The translations under genes and the position numbers were made by a program. Shown here in pieces: positions 1 to 8,660 of a DNA stretch of 26,034 nucleotides. Numbering within the stretch: position 1 is the stretch's first letter; each line of letters opens with the position of its first letter. The DNA is from a candidate division WWE3 bacterium CSP1-7. Lineage in GTDB: Bacteria; Patescibacteriota; WWE3; 9FT-COMBO-53-11. The stretch covers positions 223,278 to 249,311 of the forward strand of contig LDXK01000001.1 in assembly GCA_001443395.1 (NCBI GenBank), written 5' to 3'. Below the pieces are notes generated by a model. It saw only the letters and a list, made by a program, of their open reading frames with translations. It had not been told where the DNA came from and searched no databases.

Positions 1-470
1 AGAAAGGCGGTGCGCATCGCTCCGGCGGTTCCGGTCAATCCGGCTAAGAACCCCACTGCCCCACCCATTGAAAGAATCGAAAGATTGGTCTTTGGCAAAA
101 CCAGTTTCTTGCCTAGCAGCGAGGCGAGGGCATAGACCGCTAGGAACACTCCCAAAATCAACAGTACCGTTTGGGAGGGAAGGATCGTAATCAACGCCGC
201 CCCCAGAAAAGAGAAGACCACTCCCAGACCGGCGAACAGGGCCGTGATCCGCCAGTTGATGTATCGTCCCCAGAGGAAGAGGTCTACCACCTGCCCAAAG
301 AAATGGAAAAGACCAACCACGGCAATGGTGGTTTTGACATCCACAAAAAGGGCGGTGAGCGGCACCAGGATCATCGAAGAGCCAAATCCCGCCAACGTTC
401 CCACCACCTCGGCCAAGAAGGCAAAAACCAGGAACAGAAATATTTCAGGGCTGGTAAATCCGTTCAGCAT
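1..470 (-). CDS. Sulfite exporter TauE/SafE (TSUP) family membrane protein, 3'-truncated by the window edge
   Basis: Absent from the ORF track. Manual translation from ATG at 470 gives MLNGFTSPEIFLFLVFAFLAEVVGTLAGFGSSMILVP...GAVGFLAGLTGTAGAMRTAF: multiple TM helices and two glycine-rich repeats typical of TauE. Starts 5 bp after the valS stop. Confidence 0.8.
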   Translation of the reverse strand, partial: MLNGFTSPEIFLFLVFAFLAEVVGTLAGFGSSMILVPLTALFVDVKTTIAVVGLFHFFGQVVDLFLWGRYINWRITALFAGLGVVFSFLGAALITILPSQTVLLILGVFLAVYALASLLGKKLVLPKTNLSILSMGGAVGFLAGLTGTAGAMRTAF

Positions 471-475
471 TGAAA

Positions 476-2551
476 TTAAACCTTAGGCCAGGAGGAGGTA
501 ATCAACATTTCTTTTTCCCCCAACTCCCCCCAAATTGCTTCCGTCACAAATGGCATAAAAGGGTGAAGCATTTTTAACGAATCCTTGAGAATCAGCTCCA
601 GCGTTGGTTGGGCGGCGGGCCGGCGGGATTTTGTTTTCTCGAGGTAAACATCGGCGAACCGGTGCCAAACGAACTCGTACAACTCTTCAACGGCCTCATT
701 GAGACGGTAGGCATCCAGAGACTTCGTCACCTTTTTGGTAGTCGTTGCCAATTCCTTGATAATTTTGCGATCATCTTCATTCGGCTGGACTTTTTTGCTC
801 GTCCGATCCATCAGCACGAAGCGGGCAACGTTCCAAATTTTGTTGGCGAAATTGCGTTGGCCGCGGATGTTGTCCTCGGAAAGGGAGATGTCGTTCTCGA
901 CCAGAGCCCCCCAGACGATTCCCATCCGAAGAGCATCCGCCCCGTAGCGCTCCACCATCACGAGAGGATCGATCACATTCCCTTTGGACTTGCTGATTTT
1001 CTTTCCTTCCTTGTCCCGCACCAATCCGTGGATCAGAACCTCCCGGAACGGAACCTCTCCGGTTTCGTAGAGTCCGAGCATAATCATCCGAATCACCCAG
1101 AAAGGAATAATGTCGTGGGCAGTTTCCATCACCGCGGTCGGGTAGAAATATTCAAAGTCGCCTTTTTTGGTGGTCTGGAGAGTGGCAAATGGCCATTGGC
1201 CGGACGAGAACCAAGTATCAAAGGTGTCCGAATCTTGAGTAAGCTCGGTACCCGAACAATGATGGCATTTTGCGGGTGCCGCGCCGTCAGTAATCGTCCA
1301 CTCGGCGCACTTTTCGCAGCGCCAGGCGGGAATCCGCATTCCCCAGACGATCTGCCGGCTGATATTCCAGTCGTAGAGATTGGCGTACCAATGGCGGGCG
1401 ATCTTGTCAAAACGCTTAGCGGCGAACTTCACCTCGCCTTTGTCCATTGCGGCCAAGGCCTCTTTCACCAACGGCGCCACCTTCACAAACCACTGCTCCA
1501 TCGGCAGAGGTTCAATCACCGACTTGCAGCGGTAGCAGACGGCGACCGCGTGTCGGTAATTCTCATCCACCTTCTCCAGTAATCCCGCCTTCTGGAGATC
1601 CTCGACCACCATCCGCCGGGCCTCCTTAACGGTCAGCCCCTGGTACCGGCCGGCTTTCTCGTTCAGGCGGCCATCCAAACCGATCACCTGCTTGACCTCC
1701 AGATTGTGGCGGCGGCCCATCTCCCAGTCCACCGGGTCGTGGGCCGGCGTGACCTTGACCACCCCCGTCCCAAACTCCGGATTCACCGCTTCATCGGCAA
1801 TCACCTTGACCTTAAACTTGCCCAACAGGCCCCCCACCTCAATCTCCTTACCCACCCATTCGGCGTAGCGTTTGTCTTTGGGGTGGACCGCCACCGCGGT
1901 GTCTCCGAATTTTGTTTCCGGCCGCACCGTCGCCAGAGTGAAGGGGCCGTACTTCATGAAATAGAGCGGATCCGTCCGTTCCACGTGATCCACTTCCAGA
2001 TTGGAATAGGCCGTTCCGCAGTGGGTGCAGTAGTTGACCAACCGGTTCCCTCGGTAGACCAGCCCTTCCTCGAAAAGCTTTTTAAAAGTTCGATAGACGA
2101 TCTTGATAATGGCTGGGTCAAGCGTGAATTTGTTGCGGGTCCAATCGCAGGAGGCGCCAAGTTTTTTTAGCTGGGCTTCCATAGTTTTTTTATTGGATTC
2201 CACGTCTTCCCAAATCATTTTGTAGAGAGTCTCGCGGTCGTAGTCGAATCGGCTTTTCCCTTTTTCCTTGAGTTTTCGTTCAAATACAAACTGGGTTTCG
2301 ATCCCGGCGTGATCCGCTCCGGGAAGCCAAAGGGTTGGCTCGCCTTTCATCCGGTGGTAACGGGTGAGAACGTCCTCGATCGCGACAAACCTCGCATGGC
2401 CAATGTGCAACGGGTCGCTGGCATTGGGCGGAGGCATAATGATGGTGAAGGGTTTCTTTTTGGGGTCTATCTTGGGAGTGAAAGCGCCGGATCGTTCCCA
2501 TCTTTCGTAGATTTTGCTTTCGACCGCGGCAGAATTAAATGTCTTTTCCAT
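476..2551 (-). CDS. valS: Valine--tRNA ligase (short form lacking the C-terminal coiled-coil arm)
   Basis: PPPN...LHIGHA (HIGH), PGADHAGIETQ, GTGVVKVTPAHD, DWNISRQ, DTFDTWFSS, KISKS (KMSKS variant), LHPFMPFVTE. Confidence 0.97.
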   Translation of the reverse strand: MEKTFNSAAVESKIYERWERSGAFTPKIDPKKKPFTIIMPPPNASDPLHIGHARFVAIEDVLTRYHRMKGEPTLWLPGADHAGIETQFVFERKLKEKGKSRFDYDRETLYKMIWEDVESNKKTMEAQLKKLGASCDWTRNKFTLDPAIIKIVYRTFKKLFEEGLVYRGNRLVNYCTHCGTAYSNLEVDHVERTDPLYFMKYGPFTLATVRPETKFGDTAVAVHPKDKRYAEWVGKEIEVGGLLGKFKVKVIADEAVNPEFGTGVVKVTPAHDPVDWEMGRRHNLEVKQVIGLDGRLNEKAGRYQGLTVKEARRMVVEDLQKAGLLEKVDENYRHAVAVCYRCKSVIEPLPMEQWFVKVAPLVKEALAAMDKGEVKFAAKRFDKIARHWYANLYDWNISRQIVWGMRIPAWRCEKCAEWTITDGAAPAKCHHCSGTELTQDSDTFDTWFSSGQWPFATLQTTKKGDFEYFYPTAVMETAHDIIPFWVIRMIMLGLYETGEVPFREVLIHGLVRDKEGKKISKSKGNVIDPLVMVERYGADALRMGIVWGALVENDISLSEDNIRGQRNFANKIWNVARFVLMDRTSKKVQPNEDDRKIIKELATTTKKVTKSLDAYRLNEAVEELYEFVWHRFADVYLEKTKSRRPAAQPTLELILKDSLKMLHPFMPFVTEAIWGELGEKEMLITSSWPKV

Positions 2552-2582
2552 CCTGGAAAAAGAGTAACACCTTTCTTATTTT

Positions 2583-2685
2583 ATTCGTTGGTAGACGGCT
2601 CGCTTCGCGAACCTAGCACCCTCTCGTTTCATTCGTCGGTGGACGCCCTGATGGATCCAGAGCTAGCACTTCCTAGCTTCACTCG
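2583..2685. repeat. Degenerate tandem duplication, about 48-50 bp period
   Basis: ATTCGTTGGTAGACG (2583) vs ATTCGTCGGTGGACG (2631); CTAGCAC at 2613 and 2663; TTCATTCG (2628) vs TTCACTCG (2678). Confidence 0.55.
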
Positions 2686-3311
2686 GAAGTGTAGATCCTC
2701 CCGAAGTATTCGCCTTTAATTGTCGGTCGAGTTTTGACCGTCGGTCGGAGCAGATAGAGGTCCGAAGCATCCCCGATTGTCTTAGCGTTGAGATATTCAT
2801 TAAACTTCGGCCGCAGCTCCTCCATTACGACGCCGTGGGCCAGAATCTTTTCTTGGACCGCCAGCGCCCGCACCGGATCGAGAGAACCGTAGGAGAGAAA
2901 AACCCGGCCGCGGACTCCCTTGACCAGGGCTTCTAGCGCCCGGGAAAGAAATAGCGATACGCCTTCCGGCGTATAAGGAGGATCGGTAAAAACGGTATCG
3001 AAGGAAGCCAAGAGCCGTTTCGGCAGAGGAAAAGTCAGATTGTGGTGGGCGGTGAAAATGGCATTGCCACTCTCCCGCTTGAGCACCTCCAGAACATCCT
3101 GGTCAATGTCCAACGCCCAGATCTCGGTGTTCTTCCCTCGCGGCTGGGCCGCCAGGGAAGTGAGATCATAGTCGCCGAGGAAAAGAACCTTGGAATCGGT
3201 CAGAAAACCCCTCTCCCCTAAAAGATTGACGCGGGCCGATAGCGTTTCTTCGGTTACGCCGAATTGGTCAAACTGGCGCTTGGGTGCTGGTCGAATTGAT
3301 GCCAATTCCAT
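2679..3311 (-). CDS. Bis-aminopropyl-spermidine synthase (BpsA/DUF43)-like SAM-dependent Rossmann-fold protein
   Basis: RP.PK..FDQ, LGDYDLTSLA (cf. GDDDL), LDID, FDTVFTDPPYTPEG..LFLSR resemble the BpsA/DUF43 catalytic domain; only 210 aa. Confidence 0.75.
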   Translation of the reverse strand: MELASIRPAPKRQFDQFGVTEETLSARVNLLGERGFLTDSKVLFLGDYDLTSLAAQPRGKNTEIWALDIDQDVLEVLKRESGNAIFTAHHNLTFPLPKRLLASFDTVFTDPPYTPEGVSLFLSRALEALVKGVRGRVFLSYGSLDPVRALAVQEKILAHGVVMEELRPKFNEYLNAKTIGDASDLYLLRPTVKTRPTIKGEYFGRIYTSE

Positions 3312-3398
3312 AAGTTCAGTCTACCTGAAGGCTACAAATGACGCAGCGCCAGCGAGTAATTTGTGCAACTTGAGCGCTAGCGATAGGCAGCACTGCCT

Positions 3399-5093
3399 CT
3401 ATTCCTCGGTCGGGGTCTTGCCTTCGAGTTGGTCAATCGTGGCCTGAGCGGTTTTCAAGGCGTCGGCGGATTTAACCGTTCCCAAAACATCCGAGACCGC
3501 TTTGTGCAGCGCATCTGCATAGGTTTGATTGCCGGAGAGATCGACCGTCTTTGAGGAAACGGCTTCCGGGGCGGTTTCAAGAAGTGGGCCAAGAATTTCG
3601 TGCTCGGCCAGGCTGGCAGCGAGCGACCGCACCGCGTAGGGCTCGCCGAAAGGCCGATTCTGGGCCTCGGCGGCGTAGAGAGCGCGCTGCTGGTCCTCGC
3701 GGGTGAGATACTCCAAAAATGCCCAGGCGATCTCACTGCGCTCGGTGTCGGCGCTGACGCTCTCCGTCCAGAAAGTCCCCCAGTGTACTCCCCCCTCCGT
3801 TGCGGCCGGAAGCTGGGGAACAGCAGAGGCGGCGAATCCGAGATCGGGATTCAGCGCGGCGATATCGAGCGCCCGCCAGGACGGGGCGACGATCATTGCC
3901 ACCTGGCCGTTGGCGAAAGCGTTGATCGAAAACGGCAGAGTTTCGTTCCAAACCCGGTCCACCTTCGAAAAGTTCGTGTAGAAGGTGAGGGCATCGGCCG
4001 CCGCCTGGGTGTTGAGCTCCGTCAGCGGATCCACGCCGCTCTGGGCCAACAGCAGAGAGAGAATATCAGCGGAATGGGAAATGTTGTTGGCCGTCCCAAA
4101 AGCGGCGCCGGATTTGAGAATTGCTCCTTCGTTGGCGTCGTTGTTTTTCCAGGTGGTGAGCTTGACCGCTTCGCGGCGAAAGTCCTCCCAGGTCTTGATT
4201 TTTTCCGGCACATCAACTCCCTTGAGGAGAGCCTTGTTGTAGAAAAGAACCAGGCCATCATATTCCAACGGAACGGAGTAGATCTCCGTCCCGACCTTAG
4301 CGGAAGCAAGCGCCGCCGGATAAAAACGGAGAGCGTAGTCCTGTTCCGAGAGGACCTCCGCCGGCAGAGGAGCGATCTCGGTGGAGAAATCCCCCACCCA
4401 AGAGTTGTGGAGACGGAAAATGTCCGGTCCGGTTCCTTGCTGGAGGCGCGTCAACAGGGTTTCCCGGTACTGTTCGAGCGTGCCGAAGGAACGCTTTTCG
4501 TAATTAATCGTGAGATTTACCCGCGGATTTTCTTTCTTGTACTCCTCAATAAAAGAAGTGATCAGCGGATTAACCACTTCGGGACTCTCCCAAAGTCCCC
4601 AGTAGGCCAAGGTTACTTCTCCCCCTTGGAACAATCCGCCAATCAACGGAAGGCGGGAGAGATCCAAACTGGCAAAACTGACGACGGCGATCCCCAGGAT
4701 AATCACGACCCCCAGGATCACTAGCGGCCGGATCAGCCCGCGCAGCCGTTCAATCAGATTTCCGGCCGGAGCTTCCGGCGGCAGAGGCGCCGGGGGCGCA
4801 GTGGGGGGCGGTGGGGGTGGGGGTGGCCCGAATGGTTTTGGTCCCCCGGCTAATGGAAAAGGTGAGGCGGAGGGTGGGGGGATACTCGGCTTAGGAGGCG
4901 GCGGCAGCGGCGGCGGGAGAGGAGCCGCCAACGGAGAAGGGAGCGGAGATGGTACCGGCCGCGGTAATTCCGGAACGGGCGGAGTCGGTGGAGGCGGTGG
5001 AGGTACCACGGGAGGAATCACCGGAGCAGGACCGGGAGGAGGAACAGGAATCGGCGGCGAACTGACGGGTGGCAAAGCAGGAAAGTCTTCCAT
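3399..5093 (-). CDS. Extracellular solute-binding protein (sugar-type, family 1) with Pro-rich N-terminus and a TM anchor
   Basis: About 110 aa of polyproline, TM segment LVILGVVIILGIAVVSF, then LAYWGLWE, GPDIF, IYSVP...LFYNK, F.NGQVAM, AWAFLEYL. Confidence 0.85.
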   Translation of the reverse strand: MEDFPALPPVSSPPIPVPPPGPAPVIPPVVPPPPPPTPPVPELPRPVPSPLPSPLAAPLPPPLPPPPKPSIPPPSASPFPLAGGPKPFGPPPPPPPPTAPPAPLPPEAPAGNLIERLRGLIRPLVILGVVIILGIAVVSFASLDLSRLPLIGGLFQGGEVTLAYWGLWESPEVVNPLITSFIEEYKKENPRVNLTINYEKRSFGTLEQYRETLLTRLQQGTGPDIFRLHNSWVGDFSTEIAPLPAEVLSEQDYALRFYPAALASAKVGTEIYSVPLEYDGLVLFYNKALLKGVDVPEKIKTWEDFRREAVKLTTWKNNDANEGAILKSGAAFGTANNISHSADILSLLLAQSGVDPLTELNTQAAADALTFYTNFSKVDRVWNETLPFSINAFANGQVAMIVAPSWRALDIAALNPDLGFAASAVPQLPAATEGGVHWGTFWTESVSADTERSEIAWAFLEYLTREDQQRALYAAEAQNRPFGEPYAVRSLAASLAEHEILGPLLETAPEAVSSKTVDLSGNQTYADALHKAVSDVLGTVKSADALKTAQATIDQLEGKTPTEE

Positions 5094-6403
5094 TAGTTAT
5101 CAGAATAACTAAAGGAAAGTCCCATAATCAAGGAAAAAAGAAAGAGGCCTTGAGGCGAGGTATAGAGATAATGATCGAAGAACCCCAGAAAAACCAGCTG
5201 AAGCAGGGCGATCGTTATCAACCGGTTCTTCTGCCGAAGGGTCTGGCGGAAGGCGGCGGCCAACAGGAAAAGAAAGGCCAGCAGGGCCGGAATCCCGCTC
5301 TCCGCCGCAATCAGGGCAAAAATATTGTGCGCCGGCTGAATGAATAGAGAGAGGCCGGAGGGGAGGCCAAACTCGGGTAGGACACTGGTAAATTGACCCA
5401 ACCCCACTCCGGCCAGCGGGGAAGAAGAGATCATTCGACCGGCACTCTCCAAGAGTTCCCACCGCCGGCTAAAGGAGAGATCACCCCAGAGAAGGAAGGA
5501 ATGGAATCCGGACAGCAGGGAGGTTAGACCCCCAGCCAGGGATACCCAGGCCGTTCGAGACAGAGAAGCGACCACGGCCGCGAAGCCGACCCCGAAACCA
5601 AACCAGCGCTTGCGCGCCGCCAGCCAAACCAAAACCACGCTCAGAATTCCACCCAGAACATTGGGATGCGGAAAAGTTCCGTAGGCCCGAAGAACCTCTC
5701 TTCCTCCCCAGGAACCCAGCGCCACTCCCCCTAGAGAGGGGCTCAAATTCGGCTCACCCATAAACCAGTAACCCAGGAGGGAGTGTTGGGTAAGAAACTG
5801 GCCGAGAGCCAGCAGGGAAACCCAACCGACGGCGATTCCCAGCAGAAGAACAAGGGTCTTCTTTCCTTTTTTCGAAATGAAAGTTGCCACCCAAAATCCA
5901 AAACCCAACCAGAGTGCCAGCTCCAACCAGCGCCAGAGAGAGATTAAAGAAAAACCTCCACTGGTGGTGAGTGCAGTCGCACCTTGCCAAACCGAAGGCA
6001 AAAGCGCCATCAAAAAAATTCCCGCCAGAATCAGGAAGGTTTTTCGAGGCTGCTTAAGCTTTTGTTTGAGAAGGCGCCGCAGACTAAAGAGCAGCAGCAA
6101 CGCCACTAGAATTTCAGTGAGATAGATGGCCGGAGAAAGATAATCAATTAGCAAACCTAGAACATAGCTCTGCGGTAGGACAAAGTGTTTGGCAAGGTTG
6201 TTCGGAAATACGAGAATAATAAAAGAGAATAATAGTACCAGTATGGCAGGCAGTTTACCTGTGGAAAAGTCTATTTCTCTCCAGATATTCTGAAAATTTC
6301 TCTTGTGGAAAAACTGGTGATAAATAGAGGTTGGTTTGGGGAAAAAGGGAGAGCGACGGAACTTCTTTGCTTTTTCAACGATTCTTCCCCAAAATTTCCC
6401 CAC
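5093..6403 (-). CDS. O-antigen ligase (Wzy_C)-like polytopic membrane protein; start uncertain
   Basis: RAYGTFPHPNVLGG, SLSRTAW, PLAGVGLGQF, PAHNIFALIAAESGI. The GTG start overlaps the dnaA 3' end. Confidence 0.85.
   Translation of the reverse strand: MGKFWGRIVEKAKKFRRSPFFPKPTSIYHQFFHKRNFQNIWREIDFSTGKLPAILVLLFSFIILVFPNNLAKHFVLPQSYVLGLLIDYLSPAIYLTEILVALLLLFSLRRLLKQKLKQPRKTFLILAGIFLMALLPSVWQGATALTTSGGFSLISLWRWLELALWLGFGFWVATFISKKGKKTLVLLLGIAVGWVSLLALGQFLTQHSLLGYWFMGEPNLSPSLGGVALGSWGGREVLRAYGTFPHPNVLGGILSVVLVWLAARKRWFGFGVGFAAVVASLSRTAWVSLAGGLTSLLSGFHSFLLWGDLSFSRRWELLESAGRMISSSPLAGVGLGQFTSVLPEFGLPSGLSLFIQPAHNIFALIAAESGIPALLAFLFLLAAAFRQTLRQKNRLITIALLQLVFLGFFDHYLYTSPQGLFLFSLIMGLSFSYSDN
6212..6345. 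other. oriC: Candidate replication origin (DnaA-box cluster plus AT-rich repeats)
   Basis: TGTGGAAAA (reverse complement TTTTCCACA, fits TTWTNCACA) at 6260 and 6304; near-boxes TGGTGATAA at 6315 and TGGGGAAAA at 6337; GAGAATAATA repeats at 6212 and 6225; immediately downstream of dnaA. Confidence 0.65.
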
Positions 6404-7694
6404 GGATCGATTCTACCTGATTCTTGAGGATTTCATCCGTCGCCAGTTGTTTTTCAATCTTCCCCAAGCCGTGCAGAATGGTGGAGTGGTCCTTTCCTCC
6501 CAGAAGCTCCCCGATCTGGTTTGAGGAGGCCTTGCTGATTTGGTGGAGAAGATGCGCCGCCACTTGGCGAGGAAGAACCACTTCTCGGGAGCGTTTGGGA
6601 GAACAGAGCTGCTCGGCCGTGATGCGGTAGGCCCGACAAACACTTCCGATAATATCCGAAGGAGTTATGAAGGGGTTGACCGGCATGGTGGTTTTGACCA
6701 CCGCATTCAGCAGCTCCTCCGTCGGTGCCGCCTGCTGGGCGCGGGCCACCGCCACCAGTTGGTGGAGAGCCCCTTCGAGCTGGCGAATGCTGCCCTCGAT
6801 CTTCTGCGCCAAGGAGAGAAGGACCTCCTCCGAAACCTGGGCCTGCTGGTCGGCGGCCTTTCTTCTGAGAATCTGCAGGCGCATTTCCAAGTCCGGTTCT
6901 TGAATGTCGGTGATCATTCCGCCCGCAAACCGGGAAACCAGCCGCTGCTGGACGTCGCGGATCTCGGCGGGATGCCGGTCGGAGGCGATCACAATCTGCT
7001 TTCCGGCGAGATAGAGTTCATTGAAGGTGTTGAAGAATTCTTCCTGGGAAGCGGTGCGGGAGGCCAGAAACTGGACGTCGTCGATCAGGAGGGCGTCGAC
7101 GCTGCGGAATTTTCTCCGAAAACTCGCCGCCGTTTGCTGGCTTTGAATGGAACGAATGAACTCGGTCGTGAACCGCTCGGCCGAAGCATAGATGATCCGC
7201 GCGTCCGGAATCCTTTCCTTGATCGAGTTTCCCACGGCATGAAGGAGGTGCGTTTTCCCGAGACCCACTCCCGAATAAACAAAGAACGGGTTGTGAAGCG
7301 CTCCCGGTTGTTCCGCGACGGCTCGAGCGACGCCCACCGCCAGCTGGTTGGAGATCCCAACCACAAAATTCTCAAAGCTGTAGGAATCCGCCAATCCGTT
7401 GGGAGGGGCGTGATGAAACAGTGTTCCGGGGTCCTGGGGAAGGGTGTTCACCAGCGGTTTGATCTCAAAAGAAAATTGATGGTCTTCACCGCAAACCGTC
7501 CGGAAGGCCTCCGCCAGTTGGGATTGATGGGCGCGCAGTTGCTCCAGCGCCATTCGATTTGGGCAGAGGATTCGCGCCCGCCCTTCCCCAATTTCGGCCA
7601 ATTCCGCGGTCCCAAAAAAAGTAGCAATTACCCCTTTGGAGAGATCGCGTTCCAAGAATGTAAGTACACTTTGCCAGGTTTCTTTATAATTCAT
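6375..7694 (-). CDS. dnaA: Chromosomal replication initiator DnaA
   Basis: YSFENFVVG, NPFFVYSGVGLGKTHLL (Walker A), LLIDDVQF (Walker B), QEEFFNTFN, GGKDHSTILHG in domain IV. Confidence 0.98.
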   Translation of the reverse strand: MNYKETWQSVLTFLERDLSKGVIATFFGTAELAEIGEGRARILCPNRMALEQLRAHQSQLAEAFRTVCGEDHQFSFEIKPLVNTLPQDPGTLFHHAPPNGLADSYSFENFVVGISNQLAVGVARAVAEQPGALHNPFFVYSGVGLGKTHLLHAVGNSIKERIPDARIIYASAERFTTEFIRSIQSQQTAASFRRKFRSVDALLIDDVQFLASRTASQEEFFNTFNELYLAGKQIVIASDRHPAEIRDVQQRLVSRFAGGMITDIQEPDLEMRLQILRRKAADQQAQVSEEVLLSLAQKIEGSIRQLEGALHQLVAVARAQQAAPTEELLNAVVKTTMPVNPFITPSDIIGSVCRAYRITAEQLCSPKRSREVVLPRQVAAHLLHQISKASSNQIGELLGGKDHSTILHGLGKIEKQLATDEILKNQVESIRGEILGKNR

Positions 7695-7817
7695 TTTGTT
7701 TCTTCAATTAGATAAACAGGTGGGCGGGGAGCGAGAGAAGACAGGGAAGATGCGTAAGTTAATAACTAGGTTAAGTCACCGGGGTGTGTCAAGGGGGTGA
7801 AGAAAAGATTTGGGGTG

Positions 7818-7895
7818 TGCTATAGTGGGGCCGAGATTCCTGCGGTGGCCCCAGAGAGAACCAAAAGGCGGATCTACGGCTTATAATATAAGGAG
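7818..7895 (+). promoter_or_regulatory. Putative rpmH operon promoter elements
   Basis: Extended -10 TGcTATAGT (7818-7826), a GGGGCC...GGCCCC hairpin (7827-7852), TATAAT (7882-7887) and AAGGAG (7890-7895). Confidence 0.4.
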
Positions 7896-7909
7896 TAGTA
7901 AAATTACTC

Positions 7910-8050
7910 ATGCCAAAAAGAACATTTCAGCCCAACAAAAACAAAAGAATTACGACTCACGGCTGGCGGCGGCGGGTGAAAACTTCCGGCGGCCGAGCGG
8001 TTTTGAAGCGCCGCCGTCTCAAAGGGCGCCGCGCCATCGTTCCTTCCTAA
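7910..8050 (+). CDS. rpmH: 50S ribosomal protein L34
   Basis: Too short for the ORF track. Manual translation: [46 protein letters not shown]. Divergent from dnaA. Confidence 0.96.
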   Translation: MPKRTFQPNKNKRITTHGWRRRVKTSGGRAVLKRRRLKGRRAIVPS

Positions 8051-8391
8051 TGCTCCCTCGGGAGAATCGCCTTTCGGCCGAGTTTGATTTTCGCCGGTTG
8101 AAGAGGGATGGCCAGCGCTACGGAACTCCTTTCTTCAATCTCTTTCTTCTCTCCAATCAGAAAGATCCGGTGCGGTTCGGTTTCGTCGTTTCCACCCATG
8201 TCAGCAAGCTGGCGACCCGTCGGAATCGGCTGAAGCGAATTCTGCGGGCGCAGATAGAAGAATTTCTGCCGGCAATCAGGGGCGGCACCTGGGGAGCCTT
8301 TTGGGTGCGAGAGCCCGCCTTGGGGGCCAACTCTCAAGTCCTGCGCCAAGCGGTCGAACAGACCTTAAAAAGAGCGGGGGTATTATGGTGA
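8050..8391 (+). CDS. rnpA: Ribonuclease P protein component
   Basis: MLPRENRL...[21 protein letters not shown] (RNR motif); TAATG stop/start overlap with rpmH. Confidence 0.95.
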   Translation: MLPRENRLSAEFDFRRLKRDGQRYGTPFFNLFLLSNQKDPVRFGFVVSTHVSKLATRRNRLKRILRAQIEEFLPAIRGGTWGAFWVREPALGANSQVLRQAVEQTLKRAGVLW

Positions 8392-8660
8392 AAGCACTTT
8401 TGCTCAAACTGATCCGGTTCTACCAGCGCACCATTTCTCCGGACCACGGGGCCTGGGGGCAGTTGGCTTTCGGGGGCGCTTGCCGCTTTCAACCCACCTG
8501 TTCCGAATACACCCGTCAGGCGATTGAAAGGTACGGGTCGGGGCGGGGCCTATTCTTCGGATTTAAGCGGATCCTGCGCTGTCACCCTTTCGCAAAAGGC
8601 GGTTTTGATCCCGTTCCTGATCTTGGAAAGGCGCGAGATGCTAAGATTGTCAAATCATGA
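8385..8660 (+). CDS. yidD: Membrane protein insertion efficiency factor YidD
   Basis: [36 protein letters not shown]; ATG at 8385. Confidence 0.95.
   Translation: MVKALLLKLIRFYQRTISPDHGAWGQLAFGGACRFQPTCSEYTRQAIERYGSGRGLFFGFKRILRCHPFAKGGFDPVPDLGKARDAKIVKS

Noticed and set aside
171-486. Plus-strand ORFs of 100 and 80 aa
   Set aside because: They are antisense to the TauE-like gene, which the track missed because it has no stop in the window.
2552-2678. T-box riboswitch upstream of valS
   Set aside because: Too short, with no GGTGGnACCGCG T-box motif and no terminator.
608-7715. Long antisense ORFs (608-1582, 3600-4724, 6540-7715)
   Set aside because: Shadows of valS, the solute-binding protein and dnaA; no recognisable motifs.
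7695-7909. oriC in the dnaA-rpmH intergenic region
   Set aside because: No TTWTNCACA match seen on either strand; the cluster downstream of dnaA is a better candidate.
7810-8049. N-terminal extension of the 193-aa rnpA ORF
   Set aside because: It overlaps rpmH in another frame; RnpA similarity begins at ATG 8050.
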